Shown here in pieces: positions 49,601-64,000 of a stretch of 64,000 nt of DNA. The notes under the pieces were generated by a model. The model searched no databases. It was not told the DNA's origin and saw only the letters and a program-made list of their open reading frames with translations. The stretch spans positions 186,001 through 250,000 of the forward strand of contig JALDZS010000009.1 of assembly GCA_022813965.1 (NCBI GenBank). Reading direction: 5' to 3'. A program made the position numbers and the translations under genes. The first letter of the stretch is position 1; each line of letters opens with the position of its first letter. Source of the DNA: Toensbergia leucococca (taxonomy: Eukaryota).

Positions 49601-51826
49601 GGGACACAAGTACTTGTAATAACCTAATGAACTCGTTTGTTTCCTCAAACTCATTGGCCATAGAATTGAATGTCGCTTCGGCCCATGCGGATGCATTGGA
49701 GACCTTAGCAGGTTTTAGACTACTTGGAGGCAGTAGAGAGCCACCAGACACCCATTGGTCCAATGAGATCCATAAAGACGAGCCTAGCTCTACGGTTTTG
49801 TTTGTTGACAATGCCTGTACAGCGGCAAAGGCACAGGCTCGTAAACGACTAGGGACCGCGCTGCTGCACAGCAATAACAGAACCTCCATCGCCCGGAAAG
49901 TTGGATGATGTAACACCCATGACCTTGCTAACGTACTTTCGCGGCAGACATGTGACATCAGTCGAAGATAAGTTTCCAGCATAATCGCACTCTCAGGCTC
50001 GTCGATGTCGTCAGCTTGCCCTTTTACAATATATTGGCCTGCCGCTAGGTTTGCTGTTGGATATTCCCGGATCCTAGAGGTGTATAGATCTAGTTCCGCG
50101 AATATCTGGGCCCAGGCAAGCGGACTTGATCGCCGGATCTTGGCCGACGTGAAGCCGCCTTCTTCGCAAAGAAAGTTGTGCGCAAAAGTAGCACAATTTT
50201 CGCCTTCCGAAATCCCTCGGAGCATTTCACAAAAAGCGCCTACGCGCGGTGTTGATTGTCTCTTCGAAGCCCACTGCAAAAAGCCGTAGAGATTGCTTTC
50301 TGTGTCAGCCCAAAAGGATTGAGCAGCATCAGTACGATGCTCGAAAGCGTACGAGATGATGACCATGAATCTTTCCAGATGCAGGTCATGTTCAGAAACA
50401 CTACTTGGGACGCCAGGCTTAAGGCTAGAAAGAAGCTTTATTCGCTGATCATCCTCCTCGACTTGAAATCTGCGCAGTGTATCAGGCATGTTTGTGATGA
50501 AAGCATCTGCGAAGATTTCGATCTGCTCCATAATCAGATCTTGAAAATAGCTCGACATAAGGCTTGCTTCGTGAGGCAAAGAAGTTGTCTCATGAAGCAA
50601 GAGGGCAGTCAGGCTGTTCCTCGCAGGATCATGCCAATCATTAGGCCTGATCTGCGAGCAAAGAGATAATGTGCATTGAAAAGCGCCATCACGAAGAGCT
50701 TGGAAGAAGGATTCTGATCGAGCTTGAGATTCTGCTTCTAGGTTGACTCCTTGTACTGGTGACCCAAGAGGCTGGTCGAGATACCACCCCGAATACTCTG
50801 CGAGCCACCAGCTAATCATGGCAGCCTGGAAATTACGGAGAGCCCAAGGCGCAGTGTCTTTACTGACCACAATTTTATTATGGAGTAACCTTGCCTCACG
50901 AAGACTGCCACTTCCTTCCGGTGATCCATATTGTGCTGTGAACGCTGCTAATACAGGAGCATAGTGCGCTGCCAGTGTGTTCCAACGGTCTACTGTAGGC
51001 AGATGTTCCAGGATTTTATGAAAGTCCTCCACTCCGGTGTAGTTTGATTTGACAAGGTGGGTGAGTATGGCCCCTAATGATTCATGCTCTTGGCCGAGGC
51101 TAAGTTGCTGAAGAGTCGTAATCTCATCATGTTCGTAGGTCGAAGTTTGTCCAAGCGTGAGAGAGCTCTGGACTCGCTCTGCTAGAGAATAGAGCGACTT
51201 TTCAACCCCGCTCATTGCCGTCATACATTTTTGAGCATAGAGCGACCCATTGCGGGCAGGTCCATCTTTCGTTTCTAAAATCAGATCAATCAGCTGACGC
51301 AGGACGTTTCGAGTATCTTCGTCGGTATCCAGGTCAGTTGACAACTTCAGTATAAGGCGTAAACATTCGAGAAGAAATTGCCGGTATTCGTGACAGTGTA
51401 TTACGGCCGTCGCGAGTATGGATCGATCGAGCGTTTCTGCATCATCGCTGGCATCGTGTAGAAGTCGAGCAGATTCAAGTTCATCAAGATCGAGCACGTC
51501 GGCAAGTAGCCTAGTGCTTTCTTGGAACTCTTCATTGATGGAATATTCTTGACCATCGATCTGAATGGTGCCTTTGATATTACCAAATCAGTTATTGACT
51601 CGGCCTGGAGTGCAATTCAGATGACAAAGGGAAGGTCCGCACCAGATGCCAGTCTCTTTCGACTGGTTTCGCTTTTGGGGGTTTTGTCGAGGAGCTTTCT
51701 GAATTCATCAATCCGTGCTTCCAAGTCGGCCCAGAGCCTCTCGATATTTGGTAGTCGAGACTCCTCCAAGGCAATGAGGTCTTGGTGCAAGCCTCGAAGG
51801 CCCTCCAAGCTATCTCGATCTGTCAT
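46636..51826 (-). CDS. NUP192: Inner-ring nucleoporin Nup192/Nup205
   Basis: N-terminus LRGLHQDLIAL..IERLWADL, LDLDELESARL, FITNMPDTLRR, DLHLERF, LGSTYRMPGIEPYIDFV and DPDLGIE. Last exon QYEEQRDSQKSSRIGFS*. Confidence 0.88.
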
Positions 51827-52501
51827 GAGTTGATGTGCTGGTTCTGGAGGTGTAAATTACAACTTAATCTTTGTCTGAGGCGATTTAGCGTACGCAATAT
51901 TCGTTTCAATACTTGGCACTCACACAATTGTCGCTCCCCGCATCGAGTTTCTATGGATTGTGATGGATAAGCTTAAACCATGAATCTTCGGGCAGATTGG
52001 TACTTTATCATGCGATTCTATCCCAGCAAAGGTTGTATGAGGTTGATGGAGGTGTGAACAGATCTGAAGATCAAAAATCAATCACCACTTTATAATTAAA
52101 ATATCTTGATGTACTCTATTGGAGGAAATTGACTAAATCTAGCTGCGAGCATTTCTTACTATTGTTAGTAAAACATCAATTGGGGAGTGACAATTGTGCA
52201 AGTGCCAAGCATTGACAACGCTAGAATATTCTAGAATACCTGTCGTAGAATACGGTACCTTACATTCTAGAGTACGCCAAAGGTAAAGTTCGTATTTTAC
52301 TTCACGCGCCACGTTTGACACGAACCCCCAGTTGACGAATACGAGGCAGATGCATAGCATCGCATCGTGAAAAGAAAGATGCAGTGCCATATATTCCTGT
52401 AACGAAACCCACAATGTTGAAGTTTGAATAAGCTTCGAGTGGAATGCTTGGTTCGTTTGGGACCTTGACCTTCCCCAACGAGTCTGACGATCAGATTCAA
52501 G

Positions 52502-55500
52502 ATGGGGGAGGTCAACATCAATGAAACTCTCAGTGAGCTGGGACTTATAAATGTATGTGCGGCACTTGCTAAGCTATCATAGGTAAGATTAAGTCGGAAA
52601 GAATAAAGGAACGTGGCGATGGACTAGCAGGTCTGCTGCACGCCTTCAATGTATTTTGTCCGACTTGCACTGAAATCAATCAGATTTGAAGCACATTCTC
52701 AGTCAGAAACGCCGAAGCTCAAATATGTATGTATCGTATCCTAGATTTGAAAGATTTGCGGCTCACAGAGTACTCTAAGTGAAGTCCTTTCAGACAAAGC
52801 ATACCACAAGATTTTAGAAGCTTTGTTTCGTCTTGCCGCGAGCGAGAAGTCGGCCTATCAGAGGACTTCTAAAGCCTTGGCCAAGAATCAAGGAGCCTCT
52901 CGTCTCACAGCATGTGCCGGTGTGCTTCGCCTTGCCGTTGAGGTGGGAGTAAGCAAGTTCCGTTACAAGACGGTGAAGGCCCTCGTAGATCATGTAATCC
53001 AGACGCTACCCACTTCAGGTGGAGACTATTGTGAGCCACTGGCTATCAACTATATTAAGTCGCTGAGGATCGTTCTTGAATACCAGCCTCATCCAGAACA
53101 TTTTTCAAAAGAAGAGTGGTGTCATGTCGTGGACTTCTGTAACGAAGCCATGCATCATTTCAACCACTCCACCGATGAATCTGAGTCTGTCTTCAATGGC
53201 CTTCGGAGCGCTTCAAGCTCCTTCAATATTTCAATTATTCCCTCAGCCACGCCCAACTCAGTCCTTGGTCCTGGCCGAAAGCCTGCTCACCACAAGTTAC
53301 TAGCCACTGTCCGATCACCGCTTAAGAACAGTGGGGAAGAGCTTGTGTTGTGCCTACAACATCTGACCTCGGCATCGAATGCACACATTGAAGAAAAAGC
53401 CCAGGCGACGTTGACAGTGCTTTTTGATTTGCTTCAGGCGTCATCGAGTATCGGACCTGCGCAGCAAGCCGCCTTCGCATCCGTCAACGCCATCATGTCT
53501 CGCATGATTACAGAAGATGTATCCCTAGCTCAGGAGACTATGAGAAACGCTATTACTTTGATACGTCGCTTTTGGCAAAATAAGTCTACAACGATCAAAG
53601 AAGAAATGCTAATCACTTTATTATATGGGGAGGTCTACTTGCCTAAGCTGATTCATTCTGATGAGACTGGAGAATTGAAGGCTGAGCTACACGGCCTTCT
53701 GGAGGTACTGCAAACCGATTACTGCAAACGTACCGAACGAGAACAATTGCAGATCGAAGATCTGGACTTTTCAAGGCCTGCTTTTCACAACGATAAACGT
53801 CCCCCTCCAAGTACCCGGTCTTTTGAACTGCGGTTCGGAGTATGCAGTGCTGAGCAGCCTTGGGCAGTTTTATATATTAGTGCTTCCATTATTGTAGCCC
53901 TTGACGATAGCGTAAGCCCTCATCACCGGCATGCAGGCCTCGATGAGACGGGAGATACAAGGAAGCGCCGCAGATTAGTTCAACCCCTAGCAGAACTCTT
54001 GCAGAATACAAGGCTATCACCTGATCCAGAAAGGCTTTATGCTCTTCATGTGCTGGCCTTTGTCTTGGATCTTGCTGTCATTGATGCTTCTATCATACAA
54101 GAAATTCTAGAATCACTACTACCGTGTTTATCTGACGGCAATGGCTCTATTGCGTCTTGGGCCATGCTCGTTATCGCCTGGTAAGCTATTCTCCAACAAA
54201 ACACAGTCTCTTACCGTGATTGACATGGCCCTCTAGCGCTGGGGCGCAGATTGCTGCCGCTCAATGCCATCTTCGCGATCTCTGGCTACAAGTGTGGAGG
54301 CTTACAGCAAGAAATATTACGTCTTCCGTGACCTGTAGAGCCGCTTGTCAATTGATGACAGTCCTTCTCAACACCGAGATAGTCAAGTATGTTGATGTTG
54401 CCGACTTGGTGGATACCATGATCTCTTCCGTTGACCTTAATGGACCGGCTGACTGTGTCGATTCCTCCATCACGATGTGGTCAGTCTTAATTACCCTTAG
54501 GGGCAGAGAAAACCTCAGCTTGGTCTACGGCACATCGGAAAGAATAATTCGTTGGCTATTCAACCACTGGAATCCATGTGAGCTTCTCTAGAAACGACCT
54601 GACAGTACCTAGCTCATATGGAATACAGCGAGGATACAAGATCGCTTTCACGTATCGCAAATTGCTCACCATTGCCGAGCGGATAGCATCTTGCAACTGA
54701 TCGCCGTCTGTTTGGGCTTGCAAAATCATCCTAGCAAGTCTAGGTATGCTCTGAATCTAGGATCAATTGCGCGGGCGCGGCTTAGGTATCTACGAGAAGA
54801 GAAGCTGATGAAATATCTCGCAAATGACGAAGACCAAGCATCAAGCCCTTTTAGGTCTCACAAGATTCTAGGATGTTCAGAGATTGCATTATCAGAAACC
54901 CAGTCTCAAACTTTAAATAGAATGATTATTGACGCTCTTACAGCTGAGCTTGCTGCACTATTACGCGGCGGTCTACTTATAAACACCACAGGTGCGAGTA
55001 AACTTACTTCAAATTCTGTTAACGTCATCAGCTCGTTATGCATTGCTGGGTATGCAGTACTATCGCACGTAGAAACTTGCAATGATCGCAGAAGCGGGAA
55101 TCTTCGAAGTACCACTGACCAACTAAGGGGCCAGCTTATTGGAAGTCTCATTCGTGAAGGGGAAAACCAAGATCTGATCCTCGGCGTACTTGAATCACTG
55201 GGCTTGTTCGTTGAACCGACTAATAAGTTCACAGAAAGGAACATACTTGCCGATGGTGTACTCGGCATGGCGCAAGGGTTCAACGAGGATTTCTGGCAAA
55301 AGATTTCGATGGCTAACCAAACTGATGGCATCGACAGGGAGGACGTAATGGATCTTGATGAAGATTTCGAATCCCAAGAGAGTGTCGGCAGAGCCGAAGG
55401 CGTCTCGGCCGCTATATCTCATGATGAGATAACAGCTGCTACTGATCTCATGGCTTTCCAATATTCTCTTACTGCCAAGCTGCGTTTCTTGTCTTGTTCA

Positions 55501-58500
55501 AGACGTCCTCAGGACGGTGAAGATGCCGATGGCTTGGTCTCATCATCTTTTGTGGATTACCTTACTTCTCTCCCTGCACAAAAATTCCTTACTTGTAGGC
55601 CTTTTCTCCAGGAGGTTTTCCGATTAGATGTCTCAATGAGTGGGAAAGACGCCTGCACACTGCTACAGTATCTTGGAGAAGAGATGCTACAGTCATACGA
55701 CCTTGAGAGATCTGAAGTCTCCTTAGGGGTATGCTTGGACATCATGACTGGTCTTACCGAAATGTGGACCAACGGTGATGGTGGAGAGATTCTAGATATT
55801 GGTGGGAGTCTCTACGAGTGGTTTATCAACACCGCATTAAGTCGAGGCATTTGTTCACCCCACACGCATGTTTGCATCTCATCAATGCTTCAGCGGGTTA
55901 TAAAGGTCCGACCTGAGTTTGCCAGAAGCCTTTCCCTCCCGTCACCACGGACTAGTCTTTTTCGCGTACTCAACGAAGGGAGCGTTTCTGTCAAATTTCA
56001 TGTGGGAAATAATATCTCAGAAGTGTTTGGGCTATTTGTCCTAAAGGAGCACGAGAACATCCTCCAGGATGTGATAGACAATCTCCCCAGTGAACCCAAT
56101 TGGTCGGAGGGTATAGCATTGAGATTGTTCATCCTCGCTCATCTAGCAGCTTCTTGGCCAACTTTACTTCGCCGCAGTGTCTATGCTATTTTGGAGACTC
56201 CTGCTCACGTCCCTGGATCCGTTGGGTATGCGAAATATTGTTTGACGCATGTGTCAGAGAGCCTAGGGCTGAAAAATGTTCAAGACCTATTCAAGTTATT
56301 TGTAGGCCAGATAATTTATACATGGCTTGAGACGCAACCGCTCACATCTTTACCATACACCATCTTTGGTTATGCTGACCTCTCTGAATTGCTTCGAGAC
56401 GTGCAGGATGAGGTAATTGGTCAAGTTGTCATGCGCGGCCGAGATGAAGAAGCATCTCAATTGGCTCGGGATCTCGAAAGACCGTATGATCAGCTTCTAG
56501 AGCTCTCTTTTGCCAAATCTGCCGCTTACAGCATTGCTCGGGACGTTGCAATCCCTCCAACGCAAAGGGCTCAAGTACCTGGAGCCGGGATTCGCCCTCG
56601 AAAAGCTCTTGGTAAAGAGCGATATGCTTCTCTCATCTTAGAACACTTCCCGGAAATCCTGGCAGTCTTTTATAAAACCATGGACGATGAAAATAACATC
56701 GAGAAGGGATTCCAGATACATGCAGCGTACACAGAGGCCCACGATTCTTATCGGCAAATCGTGTCCAGTAGTGCATCGACAATGGTCCTTCCAGCAAATC
56801 AGCAGCCTACTTTCAAAGCCTGGCATTTGATCGATGAGATTGAGTTCCTATGCCGTTATACAGGATTTGAGGCACGTACTATGTGGACGCCCCCTCTTTA
56901 CATTTATCTTCTTCGTGAATTGTTCGACACTATACATACCGCCTTAGGTTCTCTTCACGCCTGTTCGGTTCTTCGGAGGATAAGAATTCTCATATGTATG
57001 GCTGGGAATACTGCCTTGGAAAACTATCCAATTGAAATGGCACTTCATTCCCTCAGGCCGTTTCTAACTGATACTTACTGTGCCGAAGATGCTATTGGTC
57101 TTGTCCAATACCTTCTGACTCACGGAGCTTCCTACCTAAGACAGGTCCCTTCTTTCCTGGCTGGGATGGCGGTATCCACTCTGGCTTCATTGAAGGCATT
57201 TCTCAACACGCCTCAGGAAAGCACAACCCAGGAAAGCCAGTTCAAGGCTACCATGTCCAAAGCAAACACATTCCACGGCTGGTTTGGCCTCTTTCTAGAT
57301 GGATACGAATCCCCGCAGATATCTGGCAGCTCCGAGAAGTCATTTAAGGCGATTATAGCAGCCGCACGAAATATCCGAGTCAGTGGTAACGCAACGAAGG
57401 GGACATATGAGAGCGATCTAATACTGGAACTATTCGAAGATCAGCGATCTGGAAGGAATCTATTGAATAGACCATCTCAGGATTTAATACTAGGTCTCCT
57501 CTTTGCAGATTTCGAGCCACCGCCTGATTTTCGAAATGACATCCTTGGATCAGAAGGTCAAGCTGCAATGTTTGCATCGACTGTCTGGAAGATTTGCCAA
57601 CGCGGCGAATATGGGCAGAACTATGTGCTCTGGGCAGGTCGAGTCCTTGGTCGGGCATACGCTGGAAGTGGTATGATTGACCGCGAAATGCTACTTGAAG
57701 CAAAGCTTGAGCCTGAAGCAGGTGCGACATCAAGTCCTACGACAATAGCATCACCTACGTCACGATCTGCCATACTGAGAAATCTTTGTGATATCCTCCT
57801 GGTCGACGATCGTGCCAAGGTAGGCATAACGGAGAAGACCCTTCAATCAGTCATCACTAAAGCCCACAACACGGAGCATTTCACTGAATGCGAACAGCTT
57901 CTCCCGACATCTCTATTGGAAACTTTCCTCTGGCGGCAGCGTAGCTTCCCTGCTAGCCGATCGGCTTTACTATGTACACAGAAGGTAAAGGATTGCGCCG
58001 CCTTTGATCGTGAAAGGTTACCTACTGAATGGGTTCAAGATCTTTGTATCGCTCTAGCGAGCACAGCTGTGGATGATCCTATAGTATCAGAATTGCCACA
58101 AATACTGGCGTCCGTTCAAGGTTTTGCTGAGCAAGTTTTTCCTTATGTTCTCCATCTTGTGTTACTTCGAGAGGCCGAACGGCAGCAGTCCACGAAGAAG
58201 GAAATATCAGAAGCATTTCAGCAGTGGTTCAAGAACTGTGACGAGGGTACGACCTCGCATGTCAAGATAATTTTACGAGGCATACTTTATCTACGCAATC
58301 AGACCCTACCACACGAGTCAACGAAAGCAGACCGTTCTCGGTGGCTTGATCTTGACTATGGCGAAGCAGCTTCTGCTGCTACAAAATGTGGTATGTTTAA
58401 AACAGCTCTCCTGTTCTTGGAGGTCAGCTATTCCGAAGTAGCCAAGACAACAAGACGGTCGTCAGGAATTAAGGTCGAGCAGCCAACGGACATCCTGCTT

Positions 58501-61500
58501 TGCATATTCCGGAACATTGACGAGCCAGATTCGTTCTACGGCGTACAGCAGCCGTCGAGCCTATCATCTATGATGAGTCGTTTAGAATATGAAGATGCAG
58601 GATTTAAGAGCCTATCGTTTCGAGGTGCACACTACGATAGCCAAATACGGCAGATGAGGAGAGCGAATCATGCAGATGAGGAGAGCATGATCAAAGTCTT
58701 GGACACCCTTGATCTCAACGGACTTTCGCAGTCTTTACTAGTGAAAAGTGCGAACGCCGGGCCAAAATCTATTGACTCTATGATGCGGAATGCACGTAAG
58801 CTTGAGCAGTGGGATATCTCGTCTCCATCGTTACACGTGAGTGAAGCCAGTACAATATTCAGGGCATTCCAGTCGGTGAATACTGCAGCAGATTTGGAGA
58901 CTCTTAGATCTGGTCTCAATACTGGATTTTCTAATACGATGAGACGACTATTGACGACCAATCATACGGACTTTTCCATATGTACAGCCCTTGGCGCCCT
59001 GGCAATCTTGACAGAGGCAGACGAGGTCTTGTCATCGAATGGCTTGGATCAGCTCGAAGAGACATGGACCAAATTGAAGTCACGGAATACTTGGATGCGT
59101 TCTGGGAGGTAATCAGCGAAACCTCTAACTTCTGGTCATGTAAAGCTGACCTTTCCAGTTTTGAGCACATGACCAACATCATCTCCTGTCGTGAGACACT
59201 TTTTAGCTCATTAAGCAAGAGTAGCACCCTCCAAGGATTACTGAAAATATCTCAGCGTGACGCCCGGAGTGTTGAGAGCAATGCCCTGATGGCGTCAACA
59301 GAAATGAGTCGACATCATGGGGCTCTTCAAAAGGCTCTTGGGACTGCTACTTATCTAAATCTACTAATCAAGCCATGCAAAGAAGCTGGTGTTGATATCG
59401 AGGCAGCTGTGCAATATGAAAGTGCAAATGTGCTATGGGACCAGGGAGAAATGGCAGCTTCAATCAGGATGCTCCAAGACCTCAAACATGGCATTGACCC
59501 GCAATCTCACGTAAACTCCGTTGGCAAGCCCGAATTGCTTGCCAAACTAGTACGTAGGTTGTGTTACTTTGCTGCCTTTCTGATGTGCTGATTCTCGTCA
59601 GGGGCGTCAGATATCTGAAGCGCGTTTGGAAAAACCCGATGAGATAATAAAACAGTACCTAGCGCCGGCTATCAAAGAGCTACACGGTGTTTCTGAAGGT
59701 GATGAAGCAGGTCAGGTATTTCATGAGTTTGCTTCGTTTTGTGACCGCCAGCTCCAAAATCCAGATAACTTAGAAGACTTCCAGCGTATACAGAAACTTC
59801 GCGAGCGTAAAGACGCCGAAGTCCGCGGTTTTGAGAAAATGATCAGGTCCTCCAATTCTCAAACAAAGGAGAAGGACAATCTCAAAAGCCATTTGGCCAA
59901 AGCAAAACAATGGTTCAATCTGGATGATCGAGAATACCAACGGCTCCTAGATAGTCGACAAGCTTTCCTCCGACAAAGCTTGGAGAATTATCTTCTATGC
60001 CTCAAAGCTTGCGATAAATATGACAATGACGCTTTGCGGTTCTCCGCCCTTTGGCTTGAGTACTCGGATAGCGAGATAGCCAATACGGCAGTCTCCAAAC
60101 ACATTGCCCAAGTTGGAAGCAGGAAGTTTGCTCCGTTGATGAATCAATGGTCATCGCGTCTGTTAGACGACCCCAGCACTTTCCAAGTAACACTATCATC
60201 ATTGGTTCTGAGAATTTGCGTTGATCACCCTTTTCATGGCATGTATCAGGTTTTTGCAGGAAGCAAGACCAAAGGCGGTAAAGACGAGACTGCGCTGGCA
60301 AGACATGCTGCAGCCCAGAATATTGTGAACCTCCTTAAGGTGCATAAGCATGCTGCCCCAACCTGGATTGCGATCCACAACGCCAACATAAACTACGTGA
60401 GATTTGCGGCAGAGAAGCTTGACGATTCGAAGATCAAGCCGAGATCAAAAGTAGCCCTGCGCAAGTCAAGTTTCGGCCAGAAAATCGAGCAAGATGTCCC
60501 CGGCTACAAGCTTCCACCGCCTACTATGAAAATTGAGCTACGAGCGGACTGCGACTACCGTCATGTGCCTATCATTGTGAGATTCCAGCCTGAATTTACC
60601 GTTGCTTCGGGGATAAGCATGCCCAAGATAGTTACAGCCCTCGCATCTGACGGGCTGAAGTACAAACAACTAGTATGTTATGACCTTCATCCTTGCAATC
60701 TGTAGCTGAATCATCGATTAGTTCAAAGGTGGGAACGACGACCTGCGGCAAGACTCCATCATGGAGCAAGTATTCGAACAAGTCAGCAACCTCCTTCAAT
60801 CCCAGCAAGCAACGCGACAACGCAGCCTGGGCATCCGAACCTACAAAGTCCTCCCCCTGACCGCTACCTCGGGCATCATCGAATTCGTCCCCAACACCAT
60901 CCCCCTACACGACTACCTCATGCCCGCCCACGAACGCCATTTCCCCAAAGACATGAAACCCAACGTCTGCCGCAAGCACATCGCCGACGCCCAGCCCAAA
61001 TCCGTCGACACCCGCATCAAAACCTTCCGCCAAGTAACCGACCATTTCCACCCAGTGCTAGGCTACTTCTTCACCGAGCGCTTCGACAGCCCCGACAGCT
61101 GGTTCGACAAACGCCTCGCCTACACCCGCAGCACGGCCGCTATCTCCATCCTGGGCCACGTGCTCGGCCTCGGCGACCGCCACGGCCACAACATCCTGCT
61201 AGACGAAGGCACGGGCGAGGTCGTGCACATTGACCTGGGCATCGCGTTTGAGCAAGGCCGGGTGCTGCCCGTGCCCGAAGTCGTGCCGTTCCGCCTGACG
61301 CGCGACCTGGTCGACGGCATGGGCATCACCAAAACCGAAGGCGTTTTCCGCCGCTGCTGCGAATTCACCCTCGAAGCCCTCCGCACCGAATCCTACTCCA
61401 TCATGACCATCCTCGACGTCTTGCGCTACGATCCCCTCTACTCATGGTCCCTGTCGCCACTGCGGCTGAAGAAAATGCAGGATGCGCAGACGGAGGCGGC

Positions 61501-61741
61501 GGCGGCGGTGGAGGTGAAGGGGGAGGATCCTGAGGGGAGTCTTGGTGGTGGTGGTGGTGGCATTGGGGGGGGAAAGAGGGGGGATAAGGAGGCTGGGGAG
61601 GCGGAGAGGGCGTTGGAGGTTGTGGAGAAGAAGCTTGGGAGGGGCTTGAGTGTTACGGCTACGGTGAATGAGTTGATTCAGCAGGCGACTGATGAGCGGA
61701 ATTTGGCGGTGTTGTTTTGTGGGTGGGCGGCTTATGCTTGA
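52502..61741 (+). CDS. TEL1: ATM/Tel1 PIKK serine/threonine kinase (TAN, FAT, kinase, FATC)
   Basis: TAN-like start ([21 protein letters not shown]), [48 protein letters not shown] and [13 protein letters not shown]. Multi-exon. Confidence 0.95.
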
Positions 61742-62471
61742 CGGTTAGGGCTTTGGGGCTTTGGGTGGTTGGTACGATGAGCGGGGAGGGGGTGTGGTGG
61801 TGTGAGGTGTATGTGTGTGGGATGAAAAGTATTGGAATGAGATTGCTTACTTTTGATTGGTTTTATTTGTTTCCATACTGTCTGTAGGGGCGCCTTTTCT
61901 CTCTGCTCTTTTTCTTTACCGTTTTGTTGATTTACGCTTGTTTGTCTTGTGTAGGTATTCCTTTCTCAACTCCATAGATTTACGAAACGAACATCTCACG
62001 CATCGAACGTTTTCTCCCACCCAATTCACCCTTCTGAACCCAATGCCCTACCATGCCCCACCCTCTGCTTCCCAATCTTGCCCAATTTCACAGGAAAAGG
62101 GGCGACGAAACAGGAACATTCAATTCTTCATGGAGGAAATAAGGGAACGTGGTATCATAGCAATAGAATTACCATATATTCTCTCTCTTGTCCGCAAGCG
62201 GAGCCCTCCGTTTTCCCACTTAATCAGAACACGTTTTTTGTGCTTGTGAAAAAAAAGACCAGCACGACCGAAAAGACCAAAAAGAAACGCCCCAACTGCA
62301 AAGTCCATGCTCCATGTGGGTATATCTGTCTGTTCGCCCAGCCGCAATGCATAGCAATTCAATCGACACTACCCAGCCCTCGCTCTATTGTACAGTATCA
62401 GAATGAAATCGACGAGCCTTTGCCGTTCCCTCCAATCCGCATCCACCGATTAATGACAGGGACCTTCAATC

Positions 62472-63886
62472 TCAAAATTTTGTTTTGCCTTTATTTTTAG
62501 TCATGACTTTGATTTCTAGAGGGATGATTTGGTGGAGGTCTTTGCCTTCCTTCGGGCGGATGACTTTTTTGCGACAGACGGGGCAGCGGGAGGGGCCTTT
62601 GCCTGGGTCGGGACCTTGCTGTTCGCCGGCTATGAGGGCTTCCATTAGACAGGTATGGCAAAAGAGGTGACCTGAAGAGAAAAGCTATTAGTTTGGTGTC
62701 GATATTATGTTTGAACCTGTACGCGTTGCTGAGGCTTACCGCAATGTGTGACTGTGATATTCGTCATGGGTTCCATGCAGATTATACATTGTAGTGTTGA
62801 TATTTTCAGCGGTTTATCGGCCTGTTCCTTCTGCGCTTTGATAGAATCCACTCGTTGCTGATCCAGAAGCTTCATAAGTCCCTTATCGTCATTCACATCC
62901 CTCAGGTCTACTTCCTCAATATTACCATGTTCATCCTTAGCTGGGCTTAGTTCTGTTGATGGTCCTGCACCAGTCTTATTTCGCTTGGCCGGATTTGAGG
63001 GTGCTGCTGAGGAAGTTTTGAGGGTTCGCGGTTGCGACGCTTTTCGTTTGACGCTAGATGCAGGCATCATAGGTGGGGATAAATCCGCTGTGAGGTCGAC
63101 AAATCTATTTTGGTCCTGAGGCGTAGGCCAAGATGATGGAGGAGACCCAAAAATGGACGTTCCTCCAGAGCTCCACGACAATTGGGAAATAGGGCGGGTG
63201 ATGGGTGTATAATTGCGAGATGATAGTGAGGCGATGCTTGGTAGGCGTGGAGAAGGAGTAGATTGTTCTCGGGGAGGGGGCAGTGTGTTTTCGTCTGACT
63301 GGTGAGGGGGCAAGACAGTTGGTATGGGGATTGTGAAAGGGTAGACAGCGCCGCCTGCTTCTTCGTCCGTCAATTCTATGAAAGGCGAGATAGGTTCCTC
63401 GGTATGTTGAGTAATCGGGATTTCGTACTGTGGAAAATGGAAGGAAGATGGTGACGGGTGAGCGTACGTGGAAGAAGTGTTTGTCTCGGGATGGCGGCTG
63501 GGTGGAGGTCCGATCTGTGGGGATGGAGGCAAAGGTGAGAAAGAATGGGCTGGTCCCTGTGAATACGAGCTAAAGGAGCTGTCGTCTGATTGAAGCGAAA
63601 ATAAATCGGTTGGTAGAGGCAGAGTGAAAGGGAAAGCAGGCCCGTTTTGAAGTATAGGGTGTAGGTTCGGAAGTGTTGATGGGGGGTAAGTGGGAGTGAT
63701 TATGTCGGGCGGAGGCGAAGGGACATTGGGCCTCTCAGGCTGGTGAATGTTTGAATCATGCTGGGTAAGTGAAGATGTATAGTGAGCAGGTTCAGACTGA
63801 AGGTATCCCCTCCACGGTTGATAAGGCTCTTGAGGGTACCAGGACCTTGCAGGAGAAGAGAAATCGGTCCAATCGGTCCCCTCCAT
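62472..63886 (-). CDS. SIM-containing C3HC4 RING protein, SUMO-targeted ubiquitin ligase-like (Slx8/Rfp family)
   Basis: SIM-like FIELTDE, FVDLTAD and IEEVDL. RING CIICM..THCG/HLFCHTCL..RCPVCR spans an intron at ~62739-62672. Start uncertain near the window edge. Confidence 0.8.
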
Positions 63887-64000
63887 CAAACTTGGGATCA
63901 GAAGGTCTGCTGTAGATGCTGATGGACAGAGACTCTATGGTATGATACTAATGTAAGAATGAAACGCCATGACATCCAGCAGTGGCGATGACGTCCTAGA

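Noticed and set aside
61745..61770. TTAGGG-like sequence after the TEL1 stop
   Set aside because: Only one exact unit within a G/T-rich tract; not a telomeric array.

Overview
Eukaryotic, intron-containing DNA from a filamentous ascomycete (Pezizomycotina). The MEP-alpha-type ammonium transporter suggests a lichen-forming fungus, but this is inference. Three blocks of conserved genes are present: (1) a hypothetical gene, PUB1/TIA-1, PIF1 and EDC3; (2) TUL1/dscA, DUG3, a PIG-Y-domain gene and ZRG17; (3) CUL4, NUP192, TEL1/ATM and a SIM-RING STUbL-like gene. Two accessory intervals separate them. The first (~11.0-24.4 kb) holds a MITE-like element, a two-domain Cys protein, a plant-AMT2-like ammonium transporter and a cutinase. 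The second (~32.1-43.2 kb) holds an orphan repeat protein, DNMT5/SNF2-like and other pseudogene debris, local duplications, an F-box-like gene and a MULE relic. I saw no rRNA, tRNA or CRISPR, and no convincing new multi-gene system. The best leads are a likely CUG-initiated mitochondrial extension on PIF1, a hairpin with candidate microexons in the long PUB1 intron, and the MEP-alpha transporter island. All family assignments come from motif recognition, not database searches. Splice sites were read by eye.
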